This document shows, one piece after another, positions 42,742 through 53,570 of a DNA stretch of 64,000 bases; the first letter of the stretch is position 1; the number at the start of each line of letters is the position of its first letter. This DNA comes from a virus. Taxonomy: Duplodnaviria; Caudoviricetes. Under the pieces are notes generated by a model that searched no databases, had not been told where the DNA came from, and was given only the letters and a program-made list of their open reading frames with translations. The stretch lies in IMG/VR virus record IMGVR_UViG_3300005841_000939, one strand, 5' to 3'. Position numbers and translations under genes: made by a program.

Positions 42742-44406
42742 TTACTTCAAGTCAGATTTAAGATTAATAGCTGCAACCAATGATTCTCCATCAACAGCGC
42801 GATTATCTTCTTTGCAAATACATTGGGTTAGACGTATTGCATTTTTAATTTCACGGCCATTCATATCAACCTTACTGAGTACTGCAATTGACTTTTCATC
42901 AATTTCCAATTCAGCAGCTTTGAGTAAATTCACCCAAACTTTTTGACGTGCAACATCATCAAGTGCATCATATTTAATAGTCAATGTGATACGACTGTGG
43001 AAAGCTTGATCAAGATTCTTGGCACGATTAGTTGTCAAGAAAATGATTCCTTGATGATATTCAAGTAGACGCAAGAAAATACTGACAAGAGCATTTCTTT
43101 CAATGTCATTGGCTGTTCTCTCTTCAAGGAAAAGATCAGCTTCATCAATCAATAGCACAGCATTCCATGATGAAACAATGTCAAGAACTTGAGTCAAATT
43201 TTCTTCAAGTTCTTTTGCATTTGTACCAAGTTCACCTACAGTGATTGGATACAAAGGACGCTTGAGATAATCTGCGACTGTTTCAGCAGTCAATGTCTTA
43301 CCAACACCTGGTGTACCATGCAGAAGGAAGATACAACCGCCACTCTTTTCAGCAATAATATCCTTGAAAGAACTATTATAGTGAGTGATCAATGATTTGA
43401 TAACCTTTTTCTTTTCAGGATCAAGAACAATTTTATCAAAATTCAATGGATTAAATTGAAATTCTGAAACTTGTTCAATGTTGATTAAACCCCAATCTTT
43501 TAACTTGTAACTGAAAGCTTCAATCCAAGGAATAATCATCCAACGTGAATCTTCAGAGATGTTCTTAATAACAGTTGAATCATCACTTGCTTGTCCGCGA
43601 GAAGAAATTTTGTCAAACCCAACCTTATCAATTTGAACTTTTTTACCAGCATTTCTGAAACGATCACCAAACCAGCTTTTGAAAAGCATTTCACCTGAAT
43701 ATGAAACATAATGATTGCCAATGCAATACTTTTCAAGTTTCAACCCTCTTTCATTGAGGTTATCTTTTTCTTCTGGTGAGAGGAATTGTACTGGTAATTC
43801 GTTTGGAGACACATTTCCCTTGAAAAGTGGTATTTCAACTTCTCCATTGGTTTCTAGGAAAGTTTTTCCATTGGAACCAATATTCTTGTAACTAATAACA
43901 AATCTTGTTCCACCCCAACCTGCAGCAACATGAGTTGATGTAATAATTCCACCACACTTCAAACCACTTTGCAAGAATACAATTTCTTTATCCTCTTTAA
44001 ACAAATATGGCAACAAGAAAAAACTTATCTTGTTCATTGAAGTAATATCTTGAATCAACTTATCACGATATTTGCCACATTCAGCAAAGAATGATTTGCA
44101 ATCAGGATATGATGATGTTTGAACGTTTTGAAAATCGTCTACATCAGAGAAAATTTCATAAATTGGAATTTTATAAATTTCTCTTTTTTTATATAAGGTT
44201 TCAAAACTGCAAACTTCACGAAGACGTGAAATTAATTTTGCATTTGAAACTACTGCATATGGAACGCCTTCATGAGTTTCAAATATAAAAGATTCTGTTT
44301 TTGCAGTTTCTTTAGATTTTGAAACCTTCTTTACTGCTTTCTTCGCAGGTACAGGCTTAACAGGTGCAGTGTTGGCTACTAATTTTTTTAAAGATGGTTT
44401 TGGCAT
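42742..44406 (-). CDS. AAA+ ATPase of the subfamily expanded in fungi
   Basis: Walker A LHGTPGVGKTLTAE, Walker B LLIDEAD, ERNALVSIFLRLLEY, LTTNR, AFHSRI; start placed at ATG 44406. Confidence 0.9.
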   Translation of the reverse strand: MPKPSLKKLVANTAPVKPVPAKKAVKKVSKSKETAKTESFIFETHEGVPYAVVSNAKLISRLREVCSFETLYKKREIYKIPIYEIFSDVDDFQNVQTSSYPDCKSFFAECGKYRDKLIQDITSMNKISFFLLPYLFKEDKEIVFLQSGLKCGGIITSTHVAAGWGGTRFVISYKNIGSNGKTFLETNGEVEIPLFKGNVSPNELPVQFLSPEEKDNLNERGLKLEKYCIGNHYVSYSGEMLFKSWFGDRFRNAGKKVQIDKVGFDKISSRGQASDDSTVIKNISEDSRWMIIPWIEAFSYKLKDWGLINIEQVSEFQFNPLNFDKIVLDPEKKKVIKSLITHYNSSFKDIIAEKSGGCIFLLHGTPGVGKTLTAETVADYLKRPLYPITVGELGTNAKELEENLTQVLDIVSSWNAVLLIDEADLFLEERTANDIERNALVSIFLRLLEYHQGIIFLTTNRAKNLDQAFHSRITLTIKYDALDDVARQKVWVNLLKAAELEIDEKSIAVLSKVDMNGREIKNAIRLTQCICKEDNRAVDGESLVAAINLKSDLK

Positions 44407-44444
44407 ATGCGCCAAATCATACTTTCACCTATCGCATTTGAAAG

Positions 44445-47441
44445 TTATTTTTTCAAATACGAAACCTTATCATCTGAGAGTATTTCTTGTGCTTCTGGAT
44501 GTTCCTGACGGAATTTATCAGCAGCACTTTTAAATGTTGGTAGACGGAACACAGCCTTCTTTATCAAAGAATTAAAATTCTTATTTTGACGTTCCAATTC
44601 ACGATCATTCATTCTGTCTTTTTCACTGTAATGTGATGAATCAGGATTTTGTGTTGGTTCAGGCGCTGGTGTATCTACAGATGGTGCAGAAACTTCTGAT
44701 TGACCTACAGCAGGCTCAGTTGTGTGCGAAGCTGCATCCTTGGCAGTTTTCCAAACATCATAATCATGAACTAAGGTAGCTGATGTTGCTTCTGGAAATT
44801 TTGACAAACCTTGAAGAATTTTTATATTGGAAGCATAAGGAGCAAGTTCCTTCTTTACTTCATCTATCTTTGCAATGATCTTCTTCTTTTTATCAATTTC
44901 AGTTGAACTCTTGAATTGTTTATTTAGGTCTTCAAGTTGTGCTGATAATTGATCAGACATTTTTTTATTACGGACAATGTCTTGAATTGTCTTATCTGTG
45001 AAAACTGCATCTTTATTTTCTGTAGCAGCAGGAACAACTGGTGTTACGTTTTCCAATGGTTCAGCATCAGCAGGAATCTTATCCTTTGAAGGATATAGAC
45101 GATAGTTACCCTTTACCTTTGCTTTTACCCATGCTGGATTGTCTTTGATGAACTTATCTGCTTTGTTACCAAATTTCTTGCCAAAGGAAATAAATTCGCC
45201 ATTGTTCTTGTTGTAATTCTTGAGAATCTTTTCATCAGCAGTATGAATTGCTGTTGGTTCGGCTTCTGGTGCAGGTGGCGCTGATACATCAACTGGTGCA
45301 GGAGCGACTGATGTTGGTGCGGCGGGTGCATTCAATTGATCAGGTGTACCTGCGACTGCATTTGCAATATCTGAACTTACAGATTTTGCTGGTTCTTTAG
45401 GATCAGTAACTGGTGCACCTTTAGGAGTTTCAGCATCTTTAGGTTTATCATCTGCAAATGCTTTGAGAATTCTATCAATCTCATCTTTTTCAATTGGTGT
45501 TCCAGGATTTATTTTCTTGATTGGATCTAATGGCTCAGTTTTATGATTTACTTTTGTTGCAGGATACTCACCAGTTTCTGGCTTATCAATAGGCTCAGTT
45601 TCTGCGGGTGTATTCAAATTTACTTTATTGGTTGGTGTAGTATCAACATCATCATTAGGAAATGGACTTTCCTCGCTTGATGCATCGTCCATAGCTTTTT
45701 GAATTGTACCAATAAGATCCTTTGTCTTATTTCCAATCATTTCATCTTTTTTAATCTCTGGTTTTATTTCAGTATCAATTTCTTGCTTGATTTGATCAGC
45801 TTTGTCTTTGTTTGGCTCAAACAATGAAAAGTCATCAGCGTGATGTTTTACAGAATCATATGATTTTTGTTCTGCGGCAACTTCTGCTATGGCTTGATTG
45901 GTATAGTCAATCATTCCACGAAGTTTTTGTACTTCTGGACGCTTTTCAAAACGGGTACCTTGATAGTTTTTGAAATCTGCTTCTAACAACTCTTTTTGCA
46001 ACTTCAGTGATTGCAAACGATATTTGAAGTGCTTATCCAACGCTTTAATCATACGATTAAAAATACGTTCCAATTCTTTTGCATTCTTTTTTGGTGTTGC
46101 TTCAAGTTTAGCATCTGAAATTTTGGAGAAGAGATTTAATGCACCTTCTGCAACCATTTCTGGTTCTTCTTTTTCAGCTTCATCTTGTGAATCATCAATT
46201 TTTGCAAAACTTAAACGCAAATCAGTTTGTTTGACTTCATCATAAATTTCATGTGCTACATCACGATCATGCTCAATTGACGCAATTTGATTATCAAGCT
46301 CACTTACACGCGCATTGTCTTGATCAAGCTCTTGAGCAAATTCAGTAGCAGCTTTATATGCTTCCAATTGTGCATCATATTGTTTGATGACAGAATCCAA
46401 ATATTTAAGAGTCTTACCACGAACAGTCAATCCTGATGTTTTAAGAATCCAATCTTTTGCACCATTGAATTTTTCTTTCCAATCCTCTTCAAGTTGATAA
46501 GAAGGAAGTAATACTTTTTCGCGTTCATCTTCTTGACAATCTGTGCAACCATCTTCACCTGCTTCATTAACAACAATACTTTCAAACATTCTTGAAAGTT
46601 TACTTTCTTGAACACTATTTACTTGACCAGGGGGTTGTGAAACTGGTTTTTTAGTTTCTTCTGAATCACTTGGTTGTGGTGTTGGTGGTTGAGTTGGATC
46701 AGTCGCTTGGGCTGATGAATCGCCTTTCCATTTTGGAACTTTTTTACCATCAGCAGTATCCCAAGTCCATGTATCAAATACACGGAGATGTGTCACTGTA
46801 TTATCAGTCACAATTTCATATGTTTGATAATACAATGGAGCCTCTGTACCCAAGAAATTCGTATTTTCTTTACTAAGACTTTTTCCTGGTGCTGCTTGTG
46901 TATTATATTGATTAATTTGATTGAGTTTTGAACGACAGACTTTTATGACTGCGTTAACATCAAAAAGCAATTGTCCAGAATCAACTTTTGTTTCCAATAC
47001 GATACCGCCAACGGGTTCACCTTTATCAGCATCATAATCTGTTGCTAATTTCTTTGATTCAGACGCATTGGTTGTCCATGATGAAATAACATCTTGTGAA
47101 GCAAAATCTACTTGTGAACCAATTGCAGGAAGATTTTCAAATTGATCGCCACGACGAACTGGAAAACCTTTAAAAATTTTATATTCTTGTGCAAGTCCAA
47201 ATCCAACAAACTTACGGGCAGCAGCCGAACGTGAAAGAACATCTAAAACGTCCATTGTCAAGTCACGCTTTGATTTTGTGCCAGTACCTTTGACAATATC
47301 AGTCACTCTTGAAAGAATGATATTGATTTCACTAGGACGTATTGCCAACAATTGCATGAATTGTTGATCATTCATTTCCACACGTTCCAAGTGTAAATAT
47401 TGGCTTACTTGCTGAGCCTCAAAAATATTGATAAGGTCCAT
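44445..47441 (-). CDS. Large late protein (~998 aa): ART-like N-terminal domain, coiled coil and Pro/Ala-rich disordered tail
   Basis: IFKG...ISSWTT...GGIVLETKV...TYEIV; late promoter upstream; start moved to ATG 47441. Confidence 0.65.
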   Translation of the reverse strand: MDLINIFEAQQVSQYLHLERVEMNDQQFMQLLAIRPSEINIILSRVTDIVKGTGTKSKRDLTMDVLDVLSRSAAARKFVGFGLAQEYKIFKGFPVRRGDQFENLPAIGSQVDFASQDVISSWTTNASESKKLATDYDADKGEPVGGIVLETKVDSGQLLFDVNAVIKVCRSKLNQINQYNTQAAPGKSLSKENTNFLGTEAPLYYQTYEIVTDNTVTHLRVFDTWTWDTADGKKVPKWKGDSSAQATDPTQPPTPQPSDSEETKKPVSQPPGQVNSVQESKLSRMFESIVVNEAGEDGCTDCQEDEREKVLLPSYQLEEDWKEKFNGAKDWILKTSGLTVRGKTLKYLDSVIKQYDAQLEAYKAATEFAQELDQDNARVSELDNQIASIEHDRDVAHEIYDEVKQTDLRLSFAKIDDSQDEAEKEEPEMVAEGALNLFSKISDAKLEATPKKNAKELERIFNRMIKALDKHFKYRLQSLKLQKELLEADFKNYQGTRFEKRPEVQKLRGMIDYTNQAIAEVAAEQKSYDSVKHHADDFSLFEPNKDKADQIKQEIDTEIKPEIKKDEMIGNKTKDLIGTIQKAMDDASSEESPFPNDDVDTTPTNKVNLNTPAETEPIDKPETGEYPATKVNHKTEPLDPIKKINPGTPIEKDEIDRILKAFADDKPKDAETPKGAPVTDPKEPAKSVSSDIANAVAGTPDQLNAPAAPTSVAPAPVDVSAPPAPEAEPTAIHTADEKILKNYNKNNGEFISFGKKFGNKADKFIKDNPAWVKAKVKGNYRLYPSKDKIPADAEPLENVTPVVPAATENKDAVFTDKTIQDIVRNKKMSDQLSAQLEDLNKQFKSSTEIDKKKKIIAKIDEVKKELAPYASNIKILQGLSKFPEATSATLVHDYDVWKTAKDAASHTTEPAVGQSEVSAPSVDTPAPEPTQNPDSSHYSEKDRMNDRELERQNKNFNSLIKKAVFRLPTFKSAADKFRQEHPEAQEILSDDKVSYLKK

Positions 47442-47464
47442 ATTTATAATATCCCGTTCCATCG

Positions 47465-47478
47465 TATTTATATATTTT
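47465..47478 (-). promoter_or_regulatory. T4-type late promoter AAAATATATAAATA
   Basis: Identical 14-mer to 39098-39111. Confidence 0.6.
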
Positions 47479-47505
47479 ACGATAGTTTATGGATATTATC
47501 AATTT

Positions 47506-47991
47506 TTATCTTGTTCCAGGCTTATATGTAGAAACATCTGGAACTGTCCATCCATGTGGTTGCAATGCAGCATTTACCGCCAAAAATATATCAGTAAATG
47601 AACAAGGTGGTTCACCAATGAATGTATAATCGTGATCATATGGAAGATCATTCCATAATGCTTGCTTTTTAACCATTAGGTATTCATACATTACTGCATT
47701 TTTCCATTTTTCAACAGCAGCAATCAAATCACATACCGGATGGTCTGGATATGCACTTTTCCAATCAACCATCTGAATAAATGCTGGTGGATCATAATAT
47801 GGAGTAATATAACCCCATGCCTCTTCCAATAAAGATTCTTGAATTACTTTCTTTTCAGCAATAACAATCCCTGAAGTATCTTCATTTATAGTGATAACAG
47901 TTGAATTATGTGTTTCTGCAAAACTATTTGCAACAGATTCATCTGAAAATTCAGTAGTTGTTTGGCCAACAGTTACGCTATATTTGATCAT
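47506..47991 (-). CDS. Hypothetical protein, possible tail-fibre assembly chaperone
   Basis: Position at the 3' end of the fibre cluster only. Confidence 0.5.
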   Translation of the reverse strand: MIKYSVTVGQTTTEFSDESVANSFAETHNSTVITINEDTSGIVIAEKKVIQESLLEEAWGYITPYYDPPAFIQMVDWKSAYPDHPVCDLIAAVEKWKNAVMYEYLMVKKQALWNDLPYDHDYTFIGEPPCSFTDIFLAVNAALQPHGWTVPDVSTYKPGTR

Positions 47992-47999
47992 ACTAGTAA

Positions 48000-49010
48000 T
48001 TATATGCGAGTGGTTACATATTTGTTGTAAAAATAATCAAGATATAGTAAGTTTGCAGTAATACCAAGAGATTTATTGATAATAATACCAATTCCAGTAT
48101 ATCGTCCTGCACCAGTTGGAATGTTTGTTGTTACTGATCCAACAAAAATGTTATCAATATAATAATCAACTCTTGTTCCAGCAGCATTTACATAAATCCA
48201 AAAACTTGAGAATGCAGTTGCTTGTACAACTGTATTTGTTGTTGTTTTTGTTCTTGTACCATTACTTGCTGTACAAATACGCCAGTTAGGGGAAGTTGCA
48301 GTATCATATTCAAAATATGCACCGTCTGTCGGTTCAGCGTTTGTTGTTGAATCTATATATCCAACACGAACTTGATATGTTTGTAAAATTGTTGATAAAG
48401 CACTCAAAGCAAAACGCCAACGTTGGAAGAATTCGCCATAACCAAACAAAATAAGATCAGTACCAAGATTTAAATTAGCTCTTCCTGATAATGTTGTGCC
48501 AGTAGTGAATACAACAACACCATATGCTTTATTTGTAGAATCATAACCGAAGGTTGTTGTAACTGAACTACCTGCAGCAGTACCACTATTTACAGCAGCC
48601 CAACCTAAATCTCCAGCAACAGTTGATGAAATAAAATCATCACGAAATTCACTAATTTTGTTAATTGGATTTACTGCACCATAACAAAGAAAATCTGCAC
48701 CGGTAATGTTGTTGGCTCCGCCACTAACTACAACACTACCAGTAAATAATGCACCACCATCCGCATCCAAATCAGAAATAATTAAACCGTTATAATCTTT
48801 TAATTGAACAAGATTTGCAGATTGACCTGATAATCCAATAACTGAAAAAGGAACTTTTGTCGTGTCAGTAGATGTTATGATGGAACTACTTAACAGAGCA
48901 TTGTCTGATGAGATAGTACCAACAACGGATGGAGCATAAATGCTGGTGGTTACATTTAATGTATCCAATCCGTATATGGTGTTGTCTTGATAGTTAATTT
49001 CTACTGACAT
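48000..49010 (-). CDS. Tail fibre/receptor-binding protein with lectin-like beta-sandwich C-terminus
   Basis: N-terminus MSVEINYQD parallels MPIEINNQD of the next gene; Thr/Gly/Ser-rich beta strands. Confidence 0.65.
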   Translation of the reverse strand: MSVEINYQDNTIYGLDTLNVTTSIYAPSVVGTISSDNALLSSSIITSTDTTKVPFSVIGLSGQSANLVQLKDYNGLIISDLDADGGALFTGSVVVSGGANNITGADFLCYGAVNPINKISEFRDDFISSTVAGDLGWAAVNSGTAAGSSVTTTFGYDSTNKAYGVVVFTTGTTLSGRANLNLGTDLILFGYGEFFQRWRFALSALSTILQTYQVRVGYIDSTTNAEPTDGAYFEYDTATSPNWRICTASNGTRTKTTTNTVVQATAFSSFWIYVNAAGTRVDYYIDNIFVGSVTTNIPTGAGRYTGIGIIINKSLGITANLLYLDYFYNKYVTTRI

Positions 49011-49019
49011 ATTATCCTA

Positions 49020-50798
49020 TTATACAGGGAATACTGTGACGTAAACTGCCCAATTAATTGTTTTACCGTTTTGTCCAGTTCCAGTGAATGTCAATGTTTT
49101 TGAAGTATTGTTTGCTGCACATGCACTATCCCATGCAACAGTATCTTCCGCAAGAACAGTCTTTGCAACGTTAACCATTGTAACTGTACCAGCAACGTTT
49201 CTAACTGCACCTTCATATTTGTAACCAGCACTTTCAGACCCTGAGTCTGTTCTACGTGCAAACATATATGCAACGAAACCATATGTTGTATTATTTGGAA
49301 CTACAACACGGTTACTATTCGCAGAATCACCGTTTACAAATAATTCTGTAACTGCATTGGTTGTTGTTGTTGCAGTCAATTTATATTTGTTTGCTGCCAA
49401 GGTATCAAGCGCACTATCTATGTCAACTGGTTGTGGATTCCAGTTTGCACTAATGTTTGGAACATATAAAATACTTCCTGGAGCAACATTCAAATTTCCA
49501 CTGATGTTTACTGCACCAGTAAATATTTTACTTCCAGCAATTACTTCAACACCAGTTTTGTGAACAACGTTAGCATCAAGAGCAAAAGATCCAGTAACAG
49601 ATGTCAATTGTGATAATGTTGCTTGTTGAGAAGCATCAACTACACCGTTTGCAGTAATTTGAGTTTGCAAACTACCAGTGATTGGTGCCAAATAAGCAGC
49701 GTTCAAGAATGAACCTGTTACTGATGTGATTTGCGCCAATGTACTTTGTTGTGCAACATCAACCGCAGTATTAACGTTTATTTGTCCTTGAAGATTAGCA
49801 GATACAGATGCAATCAATGCACTTGTTGCCAATGAACCAGTAATAGATGTCAATTGTGACAAAGTACCTTGTTGGGAAACATCAACAGCTTGAACTGCAG
49901 TAATTTGAGTTTGTAAACTACCTGTAATTGGTGCCAAGTAAGCAGCGTTCAAGAATGAACCTGTTACAGAAGTCAATTGTGATAATGTTGTTTGTTGCGC
50001 ACCAGTAATAGCGGCCAATTGAACAAAGGTTGTTTGTTGTGCGTTATTAACAGTTACAGCACTTGTGATTTGAGTTTGCAAACTACCAGTAATTGGTGCC
50101 AAGTAAGCAGCGTTCAAGAATGAACCTGTTACAGAAGTCAATTGTGATAATGTTGTTTGTTGACCAGCATTAACAGTTACAGCATTTGTAATTTGAGTTT
50201 GGAGATTACCAGTAATTGGTGCCAAGTAAGCAGCGTTCAAGAATGAACCTGTTACTGATGTGATTTGCGCCAATGTACTTTGTTGTGCAACATCAAGAAC
50301 ATTAATTGCTGTAATTTGTGTTTGTAAATTACCAGTCAATGATGCGATTAATGCACTTGTACCAAGAGAACCAGTAATACCTGCAATTTGAGCAAGAGTT
50401 GCTTGTTGTGCAGCATCAGTTGCATTAATAACAGTAATTTGTCCTTGCAAATTACCAGTCAAAGATGCAACCGCAGCACTTGTAATTTCTCCGGCATCTG
50501 AAGCAGACAATGCTTGAATAGCCGCAGATTGTAAAGCGTTTACTGCGCCAATATCTGCGATTTGTGCCGCTTGTGCAGCAGAAATAGAAGCCAATTGTGC
50601 ATTGGTTGCAGGGAAAAGATTACCTTCATGGTAAATCATGTAACTTCCACTTACTGTCGGAGTTACAGGGAAGTTAGGTTGAGCAAAACCAATACTTTGA
50701 ATATTGTTAATGATCAAATTTGCAGCAGAAATAGTATTTGTTGCTACGATGTTATCAAGATAGATTGAACCATCCTGGTTGTTAATCTCTATGGGCAT
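49020..50798 (-). CDS. Tail fibre protein with 41-aa coiled-coil repeats
   Basis: VHKTGVEVIAGSKIF fibre motif; repeats SVTGSFLNAAYLAPITGxLQTQIT; C-terminal domain shared with 50822-51520. Confidence 0.75.
   Translation of the reverse strand: MPIEINNQDGSIYLDNIVATNTISAANLIINNIQSIGFAQPNFPVTPTVSGSYMIYHEGNLFPATNAQLASISAAQAAQIADIGAVNALQSAAIQALSASDAGEITSAAVASLTGNLQGQITVINATDAAQQATLAQIAGITGSLGTSALIASLTGNLQTQITAINVLDVAQQSTLAQITSVTGSFLNAAYLAPITGNLQTQITNAVTVNAGQQTTLSQLTSVTGSFLNAAYLAPITGSLQTQITSAVTVNNAQQTTFVQLAAITGAQQTTLSQLTSVTGSFLNAAYLAPITGSLQTQITAVQAVDVSQQGTLSQLTSITGSLATSALIASVSANLQGQINVNTAVDVAQQSTLAQITSVTGSFLNAAYLAPITGSLQTQITANGVVDASQQATLSQLTSVTGSFALDANVVHKTGVEVIAGSKIFTGAVNISGNLNVAPGSILYVPNISANWNPQPVDIDSALDTLAANKYKLTATTTTNAVTELFVNGDSANSNRVVVPNNTTYGFVAYMFARRTDSGSESAGYKYEGAVRNVAGTVTMVNVAKTVLAEDTVAWDSACAANNTSKTLTFTGTGQNGKTINWAVYVTVFPV
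49580..50480 (-). repeat. 123-bp (41-aa) tandem repeats
   Basis: AAGCAGCGTTCAAGAATGAACCTGTTAC at 49694, 49940, 50105, 50228 (spacings 246, 165, 123). Confidence 0.9.
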
Positions 50799-50821
50799 AA
50801 TCTTTTATTTTCTTCTTTTTA

Positions 50822-51520
50822 TTAAACGGTTAATGATTCAACTTCACATAGCCAATCTATAGTCTTTCCGTTTTCTCCGGTGACAAAAATATTGATTGCT
50901 TTATTTGTGTTGTCGGCCGCCGCTGTTACATCCCACGGCACTGAATCTTCGGCAACAACAGTTCTCAACAAAGAGCCTACTAGAGTTACAACTCCAGCAA
51001 CATTTTTTATAACACATTGAAGTGTGTAACCAGCACTCTCAGAACCCGAATCAGTTCTACGAGCAACAAGTTTTATGGAAAACATCTTAGTAGTATTTAT
51101 GACTATCCCGAGCCGATTATTCAACTCTCCGTTAATATAAATTTCTGTTATTGCATTAGTTGTGGTAGTCCCAAGTAAATATGTTTTTGTGCTTTGAATT
51201 CTATCTAAAGCAGCACTTACAGTAGTTGGAATAGGTGTTTGCCAATTAGATGAAACTGCCGGAGTGTAAATAAAATCTGGTGCATTTAAACTTCCAGAAA
51301 TGTTTACTGAATTTACAAACGTCTTAATTCCAGAAATATTTTCATTTCCAGTTTTATGAACAAAATTTGCATCAACATTTGCAGATGTAGCAAAAGAAGA
51401 AATTTGTACAGATGAAACTTGAACAATACCATTCGGATCAACCGAAAGAAGATTATTTTCATCATACCCTTTTAGGGAACCAATTAATAGACCGTTCTTG
51501 GTCTTGAACTCATTTGACAT
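50822..51520 (-). CDS. Short tail fibre-like protein
   Basis: FVHKTGNENISGIKTF; ARRTDSGSESAGY domain shared with 49020-50798. Confidence 0.75.
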   Translation of the reverse strand: MSNEFKTKNGLLIGSLKGYDENNLLSVDPNGIVQVSSVQISSFATSANVDANFVHKTGNENISGIKTFVNSVNISGSLNAPDFIYTPAVSSNWQTPIPTTVSAALDRIQSTKTYLLGTTTTNAITEIYINGELNNRLGIVINTTKMFSIKLVARRTDSGSESAGYTLQCVIKNVAGVVTLVGSLLRTVVAEDSVPWDVTAAADNTNKAINIFVTGENGKTIDWLCEVESLTV

Positions 51521-51563
51521 TTTCTTCTTTCACTTTCCAGAAGTTAAATGTCTATTAGAAACG

Positions 51564-53525
51564 TTAGAGAACCGTTCTAATAGACTTGACTACCCATCCA
51601 TTACTTGTTGCTGTTGCTTGCAAACGAATTAATCCATTTGAACCAACGTTATTATCTACAATCAATACTAAACCAGATGTATCACCAATATCCAAAGTTG
51701 AAACTTCTGTATATTCTACAGATGAACCAACCCAACATCCAATAACTTGTGATGTGCGTACATTTAAACCATTTCTTACAGAAACTGTCCACATTGCACC
51801 ATTGCCAATTGTATTATCAAACGCATCAATCAATTCAGTGCCAATATCTACTTGAGTATTTTCACCATATTTGATTGTTGCATTATCAACTTTAAGTTCA
51901 CCACCAACAATTTCAAGATTTGCACCAGTAATGTGCAAAGTTCCTGTCATTGTGTCGCCGGTGATATTTACAAAACGACTATCAAGATATGCACCAGCAT
52001 TATCAGGAGTCAAAATTGGTTGATCATCACCTTCAATCCCAATTGTCCATTGATCAGTTGTTTCATTCCAACGAATTTCAGCCTTTGGTTGATTTCCGCG
52101 TGAAACATTAATACCAGCATCAAGTACTGGTGCACCTGCAGTTACGTTTGAGTTTAATGTAATGAAGTTATCTTTAACGAGAACTTCAGATGTATTCAAG
52201 AATGTTGCAGAACCCGCAACAGTTAATGAACCAAGAATTACAACATTATCAATGAATGTCTTTTCGCCAGAAATTGTTTCAGTTCCGACCAAATGAACAA
52301 ATAAGGAATCAGATGTTGGCTTATCATAATAATTTGTTGCCAAATCAGTAACAACATCAGAAATTTGTGTTTGCAATTGTCCAGTCAAACTGGCAGTTTG
52401 TGCAAGTGTTGTGTAATTTGCAGTAATTGATTGAATTTGTGTTGATTGCAACGCATTAGTTGCTGTAATATCTGCAATTACTGATGATATTGGAAGATTG
52501 TTAAGTTGACCTTGCAAATATGCACTAATTGAAGCAGTAGTTGCGAGAGGAGTATATGTTGCAGAAATATCTTGAATAGCAGCAGATTGCAAACCATTGA
52601 CAATTTCCAAATCAAGAACTTGACCAGAAAGATCAGCAATTGCTAATGATTGAAGTCCGTTAACAACTTCTACATCAGTAACACGATTTTCAACACTTGT
52701 CAAACGACCAGTAATTGAATTTACTTGTGTTTGTAAAACATCATTTGAAGCTGAAAGGGATTGAATAGCAGCAGATTGTAAACCATTTACTGTTTCAACA
52801 TCTGTAATACGAATATCAAATGCGGAATCAGCAGCAGACAATGATTGTATTGCTGTTGATTGAAGTCCATTAACAACTTCTACATCGGTTACACGAACTT
52901 CAAGAGCACTTTCAGAAGCTGATAAAGATTGGATGGCAGTTGATTGTAAACCATTAACTATCTCAACATCTAACAGACGACCAGTAATTGCATCAACTTG
53001 TGATTGTATTGCACTATCGTCACCTGAAATTGCTTGAATTGCAGCAGATTGTAATGCATTGACAATTTCAACATCTGTAACACGATCTTCAAGGCTTGAT
53101 ATTCTGCCATCAAATACGACATCAGCAGCAGACAATGATTGTATTGCAGTTGATTGGAGAGAATTAACTACTTCAATATCAGCAATATGAGCAGTGATAT
53201 TAGCAATAGTTGAACTAACTGGAAGAGAATCCAATTGTGATTGCAAATATGCACTAATTGCGGCAGTAGTTGTAAGAGGAGTGTATGTCGCAGTAATACC
53301 AGCAATTTGCACTGATTGCAAAGTATTAATTGCACCTTCTTCATCTATTTGAGATTGGAACGCAGCAGTAATAGGAGCAAGTTGAGCAGGAGTAATGAAA
53401 CTTCCACTTGTGAACCCGGATGTAACAATTAATCCGTTTGAATCAACTGTTAAGAAGATATTTTCATTACCTTCTAAACTATTAATTTGAATAGATCCTT
53501 GACGAATTACATAATCATGTGACAT
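51564..53525 (-). CDS. Tail fibre protein with VTDVEVVNGLQSxAIQ repeats
   Basis: Heptad repeats; FVHLVGTETISGEKTF; VKDNFITLN; C-terminal domain shared with 53571-54533. Confidence 0.75.
   Translation of the reverse strand: MSHDYVIRQGSIQINSLEGNENIFLTVDSNGLIVTSGFTSGSFITPAQLAPITAAFQSQIDEEGAINTLQSVQIAGITATYTPLTTTAAISAYLQSQLDSLPVSSTIANITAHIADIEVVNSLQSTAIQSLSAADVVFDGRISSLEDRVTDVEIVNALQSAAIQAISGDDSAIQSQVDAITGRLLDVEIVNGLQSTAIQSLSASESALEVRVTDVEVVNGLQSTAIQSLSAADSAFDIRITDVETVNGLQSAAIQSLSASNDVLQTQVNSITGRLTSVENRVTDVEVVNGLQSLAIADLSGQVLDLEIVNGLQSAAIQDISATYTPLATTASISAYLQGQLNNLPISSVIADITATNALQSTQIQSITANYTTLAQTASLTGQLQTQISDVVTDLATNYYDKPTSDSLFVHLVGTETISGEKTFIDNVVILGSLTVAGSATFLNTSEVLVKDNFITLNSNVTAGAPVLDAGINVSRGNQPKAEIRWNETTDQWTIGIEGDDQPILTPDNAGAYLDSRFVNITGDTMTGTLHITGANLEIVGGELKVDNATIKYGENTQVDIGTELIDAFDNTIGNGAMWTVSVRNGLNVRTSQVIGCWVGSSVEYTEVSTLDIGDTSGLVLIVDNNVGSNGLIRLQATATSNGWVVKSIRTVL
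52440..53340 (-). repeat. Imperfect coiled-coil repeats (D[VL]E[IV]VN[GAS]LQS[TA]AIQ)
   Basis: About nine copies visible in the translation. Confidence 0.8.
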
Positions 53526-53570
53526 AATGTTTGTTCTCTCTTATTAGTGCTTTTGATATTTATCGCTTTT

